A DNA stretch of 64,000 bases from a bacterium. Its GTDB lineage: Bacteria > UBA8248. Positions 9,534-20,841 of this stretch are shown one piece after another. Both the position numbers and the translations under genes were made by a program. The number at the start of each line of letters is the position of its first letter. Positions within the stretch are counted from its first letter, which is position 1. Below the pieces are notes generated by a model. The model had not been told where the DNA came from and did no database searches. It was given only the letters and a program-made list of their open reading frames with translations. The stretch covers positions 3,616,001 to 3,680,000 of the forward strand of contig OZ253442.1 of NCBI GenBank assembly GCA_965261085.1, given 5' to 3'.

Positions 9534-10436
9534 TCATTGTCTGGAAGAAGTGCGAGGCTCATAATCGAGTAGGGATGCATCCGCGAGTTGCTTCAACATG
9601 TCGTCGTTGAACAAAGGCGAATTCGAGTCCCATTCAATCCGGGGTGTTACGTTGCGCCTGGCTAAAATAGGTGCCGCAAATACAAACCGCTCGTCATACC
9701 GTCGGTAAATCGTCTCGAAGAATCGTTCGAAGCGTAAAGGACTTTCCTTTGGCGGGAAGGTGTCGAGTAATTTTCCGGTATTCGGGCCGCTCGTTTCCAC
9801 CAAAGCGAGGCTGACCGCTTCGTATTTACTGATTGTATCACGCAAATCAGCGCGTCCCTCTAGTTGTTTGAGTGCTGCGTGATAGCGGACGATTCCGTCC
9901 ACCGGATTCCCGTCTTTCTGGAGCGCAACGTCGTTGACAGCGAGAGCAGGATCGCTCCCGGCACGATGCGCTCGAAGTACTGAGAAGAATCCGATTACGA
10001 GCGCGGCGTAGGTCATATGTAGGTTAGTGCATTCCCCAACCGCTTCCTCCATTCGGTTAGTGAGATTGCGAAACGCATTGCCGGTGGTTTTGCAGGAGAT
10101 AGCAATGGCGGGGCCAATGCCCGGTTTTTCCACGACTACGTCTACATCTTTGGTCTTCAGGCCACCTAATACAGTTGCCTCTTTACCGCTTGCCGCATTC
10201 GGATCGAAGTGCAACTCCTTTTTGACCACCTTGAACGGCGGATGGGGTTTTATCTCATCGGGATGAAACCCGCCTTCGATGACCAGACGGCAGGCGATAT
10301 ACCAATGGATTGGCTTTACGATGTGTTGACTTTGCGTCTTCTCTTTGGATGTAGCAAGATGGTGGAAAGTTTCTTTGGCCCCGAGCCAATGACAGACTTG
10401 CCAATCCTTCTTCGTAAAATCTTCAAGCCGCTTCAT
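9534..10436 (-). CDS. Type II restriction endonuclease, XhoI/PaeR7I-like
   Basis: K.VDVV...AISCK...RNLTNRMEEAVG motif; overlaps the 3' end of the MTase; low GC. Confidence 0.7.
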   Translation of the reverse strand: MKRLEDFTKKDWQVCHWLGAKETFHHLATSKEKTQSQHIVKPIHWYIACRLVIEGGFHPDEIKPHPPFKVVKKELHFDPNAASGKEATVLGGLKTKDVDVVVEKPGIGPAIAISCKTTGNAFRNLTNRMEEAVGECTNLHMTYAALVIGFFSVLRAHRAGSDPALAVNDVALQKDGNPVDGIVRYHAALKQLEGRADLRDTISKYEAVSLALVETSGPNTGKLLDTFPPKESPLRFERFFETIYRRYDERFVFAAPILARRNVTPRIEWDSNSPLFNDDMLKQLADASLLDYEPRTSSRQ

Positions 10437-11925
10437 AATGCCTCCAAGCCTGAAGCGCTGTAATGCTGTCTAAAACAACCTTCTTTACATCCTCTGAAAG
10501 CACCATTTCGGATGGGACCAAGATATTACCCGCCTCTCGGGGTTCCAGCTTTAACATGCCTCCGCCTAACGGATGACCTTCAATTTCGCAGCTAAACTGG
10601 AAGACCCCCGAGCGAAGCGCCGCTTGAATACGTGGTAACTTCGATTTGTCCTTTAGCAGCACTGCATGTAGTGAATTCGTGCACGCGCAACGCGCCGCAT
10701 TCTGCACGAAAGAGACCCGTCGGCCGGACATATAGCTAAGGAAAAAATTGGGAATCTTGACGTCTGGGACTACGTACCAGGGATTGCGCGTTCGACATTT
10801 AAATGCGTCAGCGGCTTGCAAAGCTTGCGAAGTGTGCAGGTATGCCAACACGGATTTTGGGAGTTTTTGTTCTTTTCTCAGGCGTAAAAGTAGAGTTTTC
10901 TGATCCTCTCGGAGCCAGCGGCTGACTGCGGATGGATTGACCTGCACAGGCGGCAAAGAACGTGCGTTTCGCACCGTCGTTTGCAAACAATTGTACGGAA
11001 TACGAAGTTTTTCGACCTCAGACGGGCGCAGGTGGAAAAAGTCGTTTGCCCCCGAAACATAGCCAATATTAACTTGCGCGAATTCACGAAAGCGTAAGCT
11101 GTTCTCATCTGAAGCGAGTTGCTCGTATAGATTTCGGCCCATGGCGGGTAACAAAAAAGGCCGCAGGCGCTTGTTCCACGAGATACGCCAAGTTTCCACA
11201 TTTATATCCGTTGTTTCAGTTGGCGGCATTTCACGGAAAGTAAACTGTTCCAGAACACTCAGTTTGATATGGCTAGTGGACCCGCCTTTGCCGTCAGCGT
11301 AGAGTAGCCAGCAGTCTTCCGATAGTTTTGGGAAAAGCTTTTTTTTAACTGCGACAATTTGTAGGTGGTCGAAATATTTTATTAAATATTCGATCAGCGG
11401 AGCACTATACGGCGCATGTCCGATTTCTGCCGGAACAACGAAAGCCATGCGTCCGCCCTGATGTAGGAGGTGGGCCGTTACAACTAGAAAAAGCGGCCAG
11501 GAAGAGGTGAGTTTTGAGAAAGTGGCCCCAAGTTCAGCGCAAAGAGCTATGGCCCTATCACGCTGAACACCTTTGAAAAGCTGATAGCGGATGAAAGGGG
11601 GATTCCCGGCGGCGCATTCGAAACGCTCTACGGTGTTGCTCGCCCATGCAAAAAAATCACCCTCGTGAACCATCGCTTTAGGCGCGCGATGCATAGCGGC
11701 GGGAGTGGCAAATGGGTCTAGTTCGATACCGACACTATTGGGATGGCCGGCGATGAAGCGCCCATCCCCGCAAGATGGATCCAGAAGGCGATCTTCAGGA
11801 TTCCTGACAGCCCAACTAAGCAGACTACGTACTACCGGGTCAGGGGTATAGTAAGCTCCCTTCTCTTTTGCGCCATTGGCATCGCAGGAGAGATATCCAC
11901 TATACCTGTAGTTACCCGTGCCCAT
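10423..11925 (-). CDS. N6-adenine DNA methyltransferase (gamma class)
   Basis: GAYYTP, LLDPSCGDG (motif I), GNPPF (motif IV) and C-terminal GGGMLKLEPRE. Confidence 0.9.
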   Translation of the reverse strand: MGTGNYRYSGYLSCDANGAKEKGAYYTPDPVVRSLLSWAVRNPEDRLLDPSCGDGRFIAGHPNSVGIELDPFATPAAMHRAPKAMVHEGDFFAWASNTVERFECAAGNPPFIRYQLFKGVQRDRAIALCAELGATFSKLTSSWPLFLVVTAHLLHQGGRMAFVVPAEIGHAPYSAPLIEYLIKYFDHLQIVAVKKKLFPKLSEDCWLLYADGKGGSTSHIKLSVLEQFTFREMPPTETTDINVETWRISWNKRLRPFLLPAMGRNLYEQLASDENSLRFREFAQVNIGYVSGANDFFHLRPSEVEKLRIPYNCLQTTVRNARSLPPVQVNPSAVSRWLREDQKTLLLRLRKEQKLPKSVLAYLHTSQALQAADAFKCRTRNPWYVVPDVKIPNFFLSYMSGRRVSFVQNAARCACTNSLHAVLLKDKSKLPRIQAALRSGVFQFSCEIEGHPLGGGMLKLEPREAGNILVPSEMVLSEDVKKVVLDSITALQAWRHYEAA

Positions 11926-12262
11926 ATAATAATTCCCTTCCGCATGATTTATTGCACAGGCTAAAGACTGCGGCCATTCGTCAAGTAGTCCAAATACTCC
12001 TGATAGAGGCCATGTTTCTTTGTTTCCGTCTTCGGCTCGCGTTCTTCACTACCCGCCTTCTGTTGATCGACCTCTGCATTCCATGCCCTCTTGAGCCATT
12101 TGCTTCCGCCAATTCACCAGTAGACTCAACAGACTTGATCTCGCTGCGCTTCACTATCGCTCGGGGTCTCGTTCGGGCGTGGAATAATTCTGAACAATCA
12201 TACTAATGGGCATTTGTATTTCCGTCAAGTGCTTTCGTAAAATTATCGCCTCCCTGTCTAGT

Positions 12263-12297
12263 TCACACAAACCGCCTCACCCCCGGGAACACCTCCT
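12263..12297 (-). repeat. 35-bp direct repeat of the 3' end of the MBL-fold gene (13903-13937)
   Basis: TCACACAAACCGCCTCACCCCCGGGAACACCTCCT is identical at both sites. Confidence 0.9.
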
Positions 12298-12379
12298 TTT
12301 GGTGGGCGCGTTACGGCGTTTCATCCACCTTCGGTGAAGTCAGGATGCCGACAGAAAAGAAAGAAATAAGCGAAACCAC

Positions 12380-12636
12380 TGGATTCCGGCATTCGCCGGA
12401 ATGACGGCGTTGTGTAACCAATCTCGGCCAATGAGAAAGGGATTGCTCCGGGTTCTGAACTTGTAGGGGCAGACCCGTGTGTCCGCCCGCCTGCTTCCAC
12501 GGAATGGGAACCTCACTTGTTCGAACCTGGGCGTGAGAAGTTGAAAAGGTAATGATAATGTAGGGGCTTATAAGTCCGCCCTTGATTTAGTTGCCCGAGG
12601 TCGTTGAACTGTGTAGGGGCGGCTCGCGAGCCGCCC
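12380..12636 (+). repeat. Cluster of REP/palindromic elements
   Basis: GGATTCCGGCATTCGCCGGAATGAC; GTAG REPs at 12463, about 12560 and 12613. Confidence 0.7.
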
Positions 12637-13746
12637 CTAATTTCGCTCTATTATCACTACTTCTTTAGAAGGAATTGGCGAAGTTTCTTTGTGTCCATCC
12701 TTACGAATCGCTCGGAGTTCAGTCATTAATGCCTCACCATAAGGGGTGAGTTTCCAGTAGTTGTGTATGTCTTTTACGCTTCGGCTCTTGATGCTCTTGG
12801 CTATCAGTTTCAGAGCTATTAGCTGAACTTTGATTGTGTTGAAGGTATTGTTATCAATCTTGAAATTAAACAGATAATGGGGACGGATATTGGGATTTTT
12901 TTGAAGAGATTCGATGTTCACTTCTTGTGTCATGAGATTCAATTCGCTCGTAAGAACGAAATCGCTTGCTTCATCAATCATAAGTGGAGAAAGCCGAGCG
13001 AAAATTTGCGACCAAGATGCAAAATACGAGGCAGAATAAGTGTCATTTAGTCCAAGTATTGAGAAGTGGTCGTTAGGGTCTGAGTTGGATGCTCGAAAAG
13101 TATATTTTATCTCGAATTCGTCGTCGCCTTGCGCCAAATGTGTGGTTTCTTTTGGAGCGGTTGTGCTTACAGTTTCGAGTTCCCGTTCCAGTTCATCGAC
13201 TTTATTCCTGAGTTCCAGAATTTCTTTGTTTGCGTCCTGAGGAGGTAGCAGATCCGCTTTCACCCAACCGATTGCCGGATTATTCCTGATAAGTTTGACG
13301 AGACTACGACTTACGACGGACCCAAGGTCGGCTGGAGTTTTCCAGAAATTAACCATCTTTTTTTGAGCAAAATCGCGGAAGTCGTTCAGCTTTTTCTTTT
13401 TCTCTGGGTCTTCCTCTGTGTCCTCGGCAGGAAGTTTTCCAGGCTCCTTATGCAGGAATGCGATCACTGGTTTCTTTTGTGAAACCGCATACTCGTACTC
13501 CAACTGTGTGAAACTTTTTTCCTCCATGCCAATCGAACCGTAGCGTCCAGCGATGATCACAATATAGTAATCGCAATCGTCAATAGCCCGCTTTATCAGA
13601 GTCCATTGATCATCGTCAGCAGCGGGAAACAGTTCCATACCCGCTGGAATGCAGTCTAATTCCAACAACGCCTGCATAACCTCTTGGCGCGCTTCCCGGA
13701 GGTCTGTATACGTCGAACTTACGAATACTTGATAACGCTTCTCCAT
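12637..13746 (-). CDS. DUF4062 domain protein with coiled coil and uncharacterised C-terminus
   Basis: YQVFVSSTYTDL, PAGMELFPA, IAGRYGS and TQLEYEYA motifs; low GC. Confidence 0.85.
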   Translation of the reverse strand: MEKRYQVFVSSTYTDLREARQEVMQALLELDCIPAGMELFPAADDDQWTLIKRAIDDCDYYIVIIAGRYGSIGMEEKSFTQLEYEYAVSQKKPVIAFLHKEPGKLPAEDTEEDPEKKKKLNDFRDFAQKKMVNFWKTPADLGSVVSRSLVKLIRNNPAIGWVKADLLPPQDANKEILELRNKVDELERELETVSTTAPKETTHLAQGDDEFEIKYTFRASNSDPNDHFSILGLNDTYSASYFASWSQIFARLSPLMIDEASDFVLTSELNLMTQEVNIESLQKNPNIRPHYLFNFKIDNNTFNTIKVQLIALKLIAKSIKSRSVKDIHNYWKLTPYGEALMTELRAIRKDGHKETSPIPSKEVVIIERN

Positions 13747-13902
13747 CGACAATTCCTATGGTGGACATGAAAAAATGCGCAGGCTTAGAGTTGCTAAGCA
13801 TACACGGGAGAGCAACATATCTCGCAATAAAAATCGAATCAAGGGTTTAGGTTCACTCCTTCCCCTCCTTGAACAGGACACTCCCCTCCCTCCCTCCCCC
13901 AC

Positions 13903-14673
13903 TCACACAAACCGCCTCACCCCCGGGAACACCTCCTCCCGCCTCAAGTCTGTCTCGTCGTGTCCGGCGAAGATGAGGTCGGTCGCGTCGGCGAGGTCCT
14001 TGACTTTGTCGAGCGCGCGGAGCGCGTCGTCCACGTGGATGTGGATGCCGGGCGGTATCATGGATTCGAGGCTGCGGTAGAGATAGGCCGCGTCCACGGC
14101 CAGCACCGCCCAGCCCTTGGCCGTGCGGAAACGGATAATCTGGTGGCCCGGCGTGTGGCCGCCCACCCAGTGAACGTGCACGCCGTCCGCTATTTCCGCC
14201 TCCCCGTCCACGAGTTTCATACGGCCAGCCTCATGGAGGCGTTCGGCTTCTTCCAGGTCTCCCAGAAAATGGTTGATGAAGTGATACTCCGCCGCGTCGC
14301 TCCGCCAGAAATCGAGTTCGCGCCTTTGGAGATAAAAGCGCGCGGCGGTGAACAGCCTCGGCGACATGAAATGATCCCAGTGCAGATGGCTCACGATGAG
14401 CGTCTCGACTTCCGAGGGTTTGATGCCGAAATGCCCCAGAAGTTCTCTTTGTTGGCGGTAGTCCGCATAGTCGGGATTGCGCGCCTTCTGGGCCTCCTCG
14501 CTGAAGCCCGTGTCGATGACGATGGGCGCGCCTCCGCCTTCGGGCGTGAGAATCCAGAAGAAATAGGGGAGCGTGCGCGTCCTCCCCGATTCACTTAAAT
14601 ACAAGAGCCAGGAGGCGTCGCACGCGCGCGAGCCCTGGCACAGGGCGTAGAGGTGATAGGTCGTCTCGCTCAA
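13903..14673 (-). CDS. MBL-fold hydrolase, N-acyl-homoserine lactonase-like family
   Basis: DTG, SHLHWDH, GHTPGHQ and GHD motifs; TTG start after GGAGG. Confidence 0.88.
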   Translation of the reverse strand: MSETTYHLYALCQGSRACDASWLLYLSESGRTRTLPYFFWILTPEGGGAPIVIDTGFSEEAQKARNPDYADYRQQRELLGHFGIKPSEVETLIVSHLHWDHFMSPRLFTAARFYLQRRELDFWRSDAAEYHFINHFLGDLEEAERLHEAGRMKLVDGEAEIADGVHVHWVGGHTPGHQIIRFRTAKGWAVLAVDAAYLYRSLESMIPPGIHIHVDDALRALDKVKDLADATDLIFAGHDETDLRREEVFPGVRRFV

Positions 14674-14816
14674 GTTGAAACCTCCATGTTTATCGAGAAA
14701 TCTCGCGAAAAATGATCTTCGTTGTTCGATGGCGATGATTATGCCATTATTTTCCGAACATAAAATGCCCATTTCGGTATTTCGATTTTTGAGAACCATC
14801 CCGAAGGGTCTGTGTC

Positions 14817-17149
14817 TTGGATAATACCCTCATCATCGTTTTCTTCCCGTTCGCAGCCGCCCTCATCATCCCCTGGTTCGCCGAGCGTTTCAGGAAACAC
14901 GCCGCATGGTTCGCCGTGGCCGCCCCGCTCGTAAGCCTGTGGGCGCTCTTTGACCTTTACGGCGAATGGGCGGCCGGCGGACAGAAGACCATCACGCACG
15001 CCATCGCCTGGGTCCCTGCGGCGAACGTGGAAATATCCTTCATGGTGGACGGCCTGAGCCTCATGTGGGGTTTTCTGGTGGCGGGCATGGGCGCGCTCAT
15101 CGTCCTGTATTCGCACTGGTATTTACACGAACACGAGGCCTTGGGGCGCTACTATGGTTTTCTCATCGCGTTCATGGGCTCGATGCTGGGCGTGGTGTTC
15201 GCGGATCACCTGATCGCGCTCTTCATCTTCTGGGAACTCACGAGCATCACCTCGTTTTTCTTGATCGGCTTCTGGTCGGACAGGAAGGCGTCCAACTACG
15301 GGGCCACCAAGGCCATCCTCATCACGGGCGGCGGTGGCCTCGCCATGCTGGGAGGTTTTTTGCTCTTAGGCGATATGGCGGGTGAATGGCGGCTCTCGCA
15401 ACTCGTGCTCACGCCGGGGCTCGCGAAAGAAATATCGCTCGGCGTCTTTTTGCTCATCATCCTGGGAGCGGCCACCAAGAGCGCGCAGTGGCCCTTCCAC
15501 ATCTGGCTGCCGAACGCCATGGAAGCGCCCACGCCCATCAGCGCCTTCCTGCACTCGGCCACCATGGTGAAGGCGGGCATCTATCTGCTCTCGCGCTTTT
15601 ATCCGATTCTGGGCGCGCATCCCGCCTGGGGCTACGTGGTGACGGGCTTCGGCATGACGACGATGATAGCGGGCGGCATACTCTCGCTCAGGGCCTATGA
15701 CTTAAAGGCGATTCTCGCGTACGGAACCATCAGCCAGCTCGGCCTCATCGTCACCTTCCTGGGCTTCGGCGGCAAGGGGGCCGTCATCGGCGCGACGCTT
15801 CATCTGTACAACCACGCGGCCGCCAAGGCGGCGATGTTCATGACGGTCGGCATCATCGACCACGAGGCGGGCACGCGCGACGTGAGGCTGTTGGGCCACT
15901 TAAGAAAATTGATGCCGAAGACGCACATTCTGGCCGTCATCGCCGCGCTGAGCCTCATCGGTATACCGCCCATGGGCGGCTTCATCACCAAGGAGATGCT
16001 CTATGGGGCGAGTCTCCACCCAGGCGGCCCCGGAAGCTGGGGGTGGTTCTGGCCGTATCTGACCGTCTTCGCGGGGGTGTTCACGGCGCTCTATCACCTG
16101 AGATTTTTAAGCGAGCCCTACTGGCAGGCGGCGGAAGGAGAAGCGCCCAAACATCCCCACGACCCGCCCCTGGGAATGCTGGCCGCGCCTGGGGTTCTCG
16201 TTCTCATGGCCCTGGCCTTTGGACTCGCGCCGTGGCTAATCGAGCACTCCCTCGTCGCGCCGGCGGCGGAGGCCACCCTGGGCGGCGGAGCGCATCTGGA
16301 GCTTCATCTTGCGCTCTGGCACGGGGTGAACGCGCCGCTCGTGATGTCAATTTTCACGATGGCGCTGGGCTTGGCGCTCTACTTCGGTTTCGCACAAGTG
16401 AAAGCGGTGCTGGATGCAGTCGCCCGCGCCTGGGGGAATGCCCCCGCCCCGAACAGAATATATGACGCCTCCATCGACTGGCTGCGAAACGGCACGTGGG
16501 AGATTCTCCTCTTAATCCAGGACGGGAATCTGAGGCGGTACATGCGCTGGATGCTTGTCCTGCCCACCGCGGCCGCGCTCTACCTCGTCTGGCGGATGGA
16601 TTGGGGGGCGAAGGTTTTCCCTGAGAATTTCGCGGGCGCATCGTTTCTCCTGGTCGCGATCGCGGTGATGATCATGGCCGCCGCTCTCGCCACCGCGCTC
16701 TTCAAGCGGAGAATCTCTGCGATTCTCGCCCTGGGCACGATGGGCTACGGCATCTCGGGGCTCTATCTGCTCTTAAAGGCGCCCGACTTGGCGCTCACGC
16801 AGATCATGATCGAATCGGCCTCGGTCGTGCTGTTCCTGCTGGTGTTCTACTACCTGCCAGAGCTCAAGCCCGTCCCGCGCTCGGTGGCCAAGAAGGTGAG
16901 GGATTGGGGCATCGCGGTAGCCCTGGGCGTCTGCGCGACGCTCGCCATGGCCGCCGCCATGAACACGCACAAGTTCCGCACGATTGCGGATTACTTCATG
17001 CGCACGAGCAAGCCGGTGGCGGGCTTCAAGAACGTGGTCAACGCCATCATCGTCGATTACCGGGGGTACGACACGCTGGGCGAGATCACCGTGCTGGTCA
17101 TCGCGGGGATAGCCATCTACGCCATCGTGCGGCTGGTGGGAGGAATGAA

Positions 17150-17162
<13 letters not shown>
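14817..17162 (+). CDS. mrpA: Na+/H+ antiporter subunit A
   Basis: [40 protein letters not shown] and [10 protein letters not shown] motifs. Confidence 0.96.
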
Positions 17163-17575
<413 letters not shown>

Positions 17576-17656
17576 GGTAAGAAAACCCGCAGAGGCGGGC
17601 GGCGGCATGGACCCCCGCCACCTCTCGGGACGCAAAGGCGCTAAGGAGATATAAAA

Positions 17657-18007
17657 GTGATCTGGATACTGGCGATGATAATCGGCGTGCTGGTGACGGT
17701 GGCGTCCTACCTCATCATGCAGCGCAGGATCATCCAGGTGGTGCTCGGCATGGCGGTGCTCAGCCACGCCACGAACCTGATGATCGTCGCCTCAGGCTGG
17801 GTGGGAGACGGTAAAGCGCCCATCGTGCCCAAAGAGGGCGGCCCGCTCGACCCGTTCGCCTACGTCGACCCCCTGCCCCAGGCCATGGTGCTCACCGCCA
17901 TCGTCATCAGCTTCGCCGTGACGGCGTTTCTGCTCGTCCTCGCGTTTTTCACTTACCGCAAGTTCCAGACCGACGACATCGACGAGATCAGGAGGCTTCG
18001 GGGATGA
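17657..18007 (+). CDS. mrpC: Na+/H+ antiporter subunit C
   Basis: DPLPQAMVLTAIVISF motif. Confidence 0.95.
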   Translation: MIWILAMIIGVLVTVASYLIMQRRIIQVVLGMAVLSHATNLMIVASGWVGDGKAPIVPKEGGPLDPFAYVDPLPQAMVLTAIVISFAVTAFLLVLAFFTYRKFQTDDIDEIRRLRG

Positions 18008-19479
18008 ACGCCATATTCCCGCTGTTCGTCGTCTGGCCGCTGGCCACGGGCACGCTCTTGTTCCTCCTCCGCAAGAGGAGCGCGCTACAGGAATCCCTGA
18101 GCATGCTCGCGCTGCTGGTGAACCTGATCCTGGCGGTCGCGCTCTTGAGCGCGACGGCGGACGGGACGATTTTCGTCCACAGAATGGGCCTCTGGCCCTT
18201 CCCCTACGCCATCGTTCTGGCCGCCGACAGGCTCACCGCCACGATGTTGTGTCTTTCGGCCTCCATCGTGGGGGCGTGCGCCGTTTTCGCCAGGAGCTAT
18301 CTCACGGATGCGCAGCGAAAAGAGGTGTTCCTCCCATTGGTGCACTTCCTCCTGATGGGGATACAGGGGTGCTTCATCACGGGCGATCTGTTCAACCTCT
18401 TCGTTTTCTTCGAGGTCATGCTCATGGCCACCTACGCGCTGATGGGGTTCTACTACAACCTCGATCAGCTCGAGATGGCCTTCAAGTACACCTGCCTGAA
18501 CCTGATCGCATCGGCCTTTTTCCTGCTGGGCGTCTCGCTCCTCTACGCCCAGGTGGGCACGGTGAACATGGCGGACCTGGCCGAGAAGATAAAACTCCTG
18601 GGGCCGACGCCCCTCATCGTGGTCACCGCCCTGGTCTTCGTGTTCGTCTTCAGCGTCAAGGCGGCCATTTTCCCCATGCACCTCTGGCTGCCCTCGGCGC
18701 ATTCGATATCGCCCACCCCCATCAGCGCCATCCTGGCGGGCGTACTCGTCAAGGTGGGCATCTACGCCATCATCCGCTGCGCCACGCTCATCTTCCCGGC
18801 CGCGTTCCTGATACTCCAGCCGGGGCTCATCGCCCTCTGCCTGTGCACCATCGCCATGGGAGCGCTCGGCGCCCTGCCCCAGACGAGCCTAAAGCGTATC
18901 CTGGCCTACAGCACCATCAACCAGTTGGGCTACATCGCCTTCGGTATCGCCCTGCTCTCACAAGCCGGACTCGCGGCGGCGGTCTTTTACATCGTCGGCC
19001 ACGCGTATCTCAAAAGCGCGATGCTCCTGGGCGCAGGCCTGAACCAGAAGCTCACCGGCACGGTGGATCTGGATGAGATGGGCGGCATGATGGGCAAGGC
19101 GCCCTTCGCGAGCCTGCTCATGCTGGTCGGCTTCCTGTCCCTGGCGGGCTTTCCGCCGTTCGCGGGCTTTTTCGCCAAACTCTTCGTGCTCCAGGCGGGA
19201 TTCTCCCAGGGCGCGATACTCGCGACGGGAATCGCCCTGGGATTCGGCGTAATATCGATTTATTATAATTTCACGACGTACCAGCGCTACGCCTGGGGAA
19301 CGGGCGGCGGCGAGGTCGGCGCAGCAAGCGCGGGCCTTTACGGCTCGTTCGCCTTTCTCTCGGCCTTCGCGGTTCTCTTCGGATTGGGCGCCTACTGGCT
19401 CTTCGAGTGGGCGCAACTCGTGGCCGCCCAGCTCACGAAGCCCGAACTCTACATCGCCGCCATGCGGGACCTCGGATAA
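18004..19479 (+). CDS. mrpD: Na+/H+ antiporter subunit D
   Basis: TGDLFNLFVFFEV and WLPSAH motifs. Confidence 0.95.
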   Translation: MNAIFPLFVVWPLATGTLLFLLRKRSALQESLSMLALLVNLILAVALLSATADGTIFVHRMGLWPFPYAIVLAADRLTATMLCLSASIVGACAVFARSYLTDAQRKEVFLPLVHFLLMGIQGCFITGDLFNLFVFFEVMLMATYALMGFYYNLDQLEMAFKYTCLNLIASAFFLLGVSLLYAQVGTVNMADLAEKIKLLGPTPLIVVTALVFVFVFSVKAAIFPMHLWLPSAHSISPTPISAILAGVLVKVGIYAIIRCATLIFPAAFLILQPGLIALCLCTIAMGALGALPQTSLKRILAYSTINQLGYIAFGIALLSQAGLAAAVFYIVGHAYLKSAMLLGAGLNQKLTGTVDLDEMGGMMGKAPFASLLMLVGFLSLAGFPPFAGFFAKLFVLQAGFSQGAILATGIALGFGVISIYYNFTTYQRYAWGTGGGEVGAASAGLYGSFAFLSAFAVLFGLGAYWLFEWAQLVAAQLTKPELYIAAMRDLG

Positions 19480-19491
19480 GGGGAAGGCCTG

Positions 19492-19965
19492 ATGTCGCTC
19501 GCCACGCTCGCATTCACCATCGCCACCATCTGGATATTCCTGCACGGAAGCGCTACGCCCGGGCATTTCTTCGTCGGGCTGATCATGGCGGCCCTCATCA
19601 TCCGGTTCCTCAAAAAATCCTACTACCAGGACAGGACGTTTCTCCGCATCGGCAACTATTTCAGGTATTTGGGAAGTTTCACCTGGGAGTTGTTCATCGC
19701 GAACTTCCAGGTGCTGAAAATCGTGCTCTCGCCACGGTTGTCGATTCGCCCGGGCATCATCTCCTACAAGACGATGTGCAAGACGCCCCTGGGCGTGACC
19801 ATGCTGGCCAACTCCATCACCTTGACGCCCGGCACGCTGAGCATAGACGTGTCTGAGGATCACGAGACGATTTTCGTCCATACGCTGGACATCGACCACC
19901 CCGACGAGGTGGTGGAGAGCATCCGCAAGGGGTTGGAAGAACCCATCGTGGGAGCCGTGGAATGA
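19492..19965 (+). CDS. mrpE: Na+/H+ antiporter subunit E
   Basis: ANSITLTPGT motif. Confidence 0.95.
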   Translation: MSLATLAFTIATIWIFLHGSATPGHFFVGLIMAALIIRFLKKSYYQDRTFLRIGNYFRYLGSFTWELFIANFQVLKIVLSPRLSIRPGIISYKTMCKTPLGVTMLANSITLTPGTLSIDVSEDHETIFVHTLDIDHPDEVVESIRKGLEEPIVGAVE

Positions 19966-20231
19966 TACAGGCGGCCGTACAGATAAGCCTCGTCATGCTG
20001 GGCGTCTCGGTGATCCTGGCGTTCATCCGCCTCATCAAGGGGCCCACGACGTCCGACCGCGTGGTGGCGGCGGACACCCTCGCCACGAACGTGCTCGGCG
20101 TCATCGCGCTGTTCGCCATCCAGACGCACAACAAGCTGTTCATCATCGCCGTACTCGCACTGGCTATCCTGAGCTTCGTCGGCACCACGGTGTACGCGAA
20201 ATTTTTGGAGAGGGGGAAAATCATTGAGTGA
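19962..20231 (+). CDS. mrpF: Na+/H+ antiporter subunit F
   Basis: GPTTSDRVVAAD motif. Confidence 0.95.
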   Translation: MIQAAVQISLVMLGVSVILAFIRLIKGPTTSDRVVAADTLATNVLGVIALFAIQTHNKLFIIAVLALAILSFVGTTVYAKFLERGKIIE

Positions 20232-20595
20232 CGTTCTCGCCGCCGCCTTGTTGCTGGGAGGCGCGTTCTTCATGCTGGTCGCCAGCATAGGCCTCCTGCG
20301 CCTGCCCGACGTCTATTGCCGCATGCACGCCGCCACCAAGGCCACGACCTTCGGAATGGGCGGCATCCTCCTGGGCGCGAGCATCATTTTCCAGAGCGTT
20401 ACCGTCACGACACAGGCGTTTCTGGCCGTTTTCTTCCTGTTCCTGACGGCGCCCGTCGCCGCGCACCTGATATCGAGGGCGGCTTACAAGCGCGGCCCCG
20501 ATCTGTGCCCCGAGACCACACACGATGAATACGGGAAATACCTGGAGGGGCAACAGGCGGAGGAAGAGTCTTCGTCTGAAGATGGGAAAGCGTAG
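20224..20595 (+). CDS. mrpG: Na+/H+ antiporter subunit G
   Basis: RLPDVYCRMHAATKATT and LTAPVAAH motifs. Confidence 0.95.
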   Translation: MSDVLAAALLLGGAFFMLVASIGLLRLPDVYCRMHAATKATTFGMGGILLGASIIFQSVTVTTQAFLAVFFLFLTAPVAAHLISRAAYKRGPDLCPETTHDEYGKYLEGQQAEEESSSEDGKA

Positions 20596-20841
20596 CAAAA
20601 CTCCGCAAATTGGGACTGTTGAAAAAGTCTCGATGAACGAGGGTTTGACGCGACCGATGAAAAAGCAAGAACCACTCCCCCCTTGAGGTCAATGCCGACC
20701 AATGCGGGAGGGATTGTTGAACAAGCCGAGCAGTTTGCGCGAAGGCTGATGCGTGGGGGGTCAATTCTGAGCGAGGAGCGAGGAATTGCTGACTGAGGAA
20801 GGAGGGCTGCCTGACTTAAATGGAGCAATCGCTCCCTTCTC

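Noticed and set aside
11930-12240. Controller (C) protein for the RM system
   Set aside because: Only short stop-interrupted frames with no recognisable HTH.
13903-14673. Definite quorum-quenching lactonase
   Set aside because: The HxHxDH motif gives the fold only; substrate cannot be assigned from sequence.
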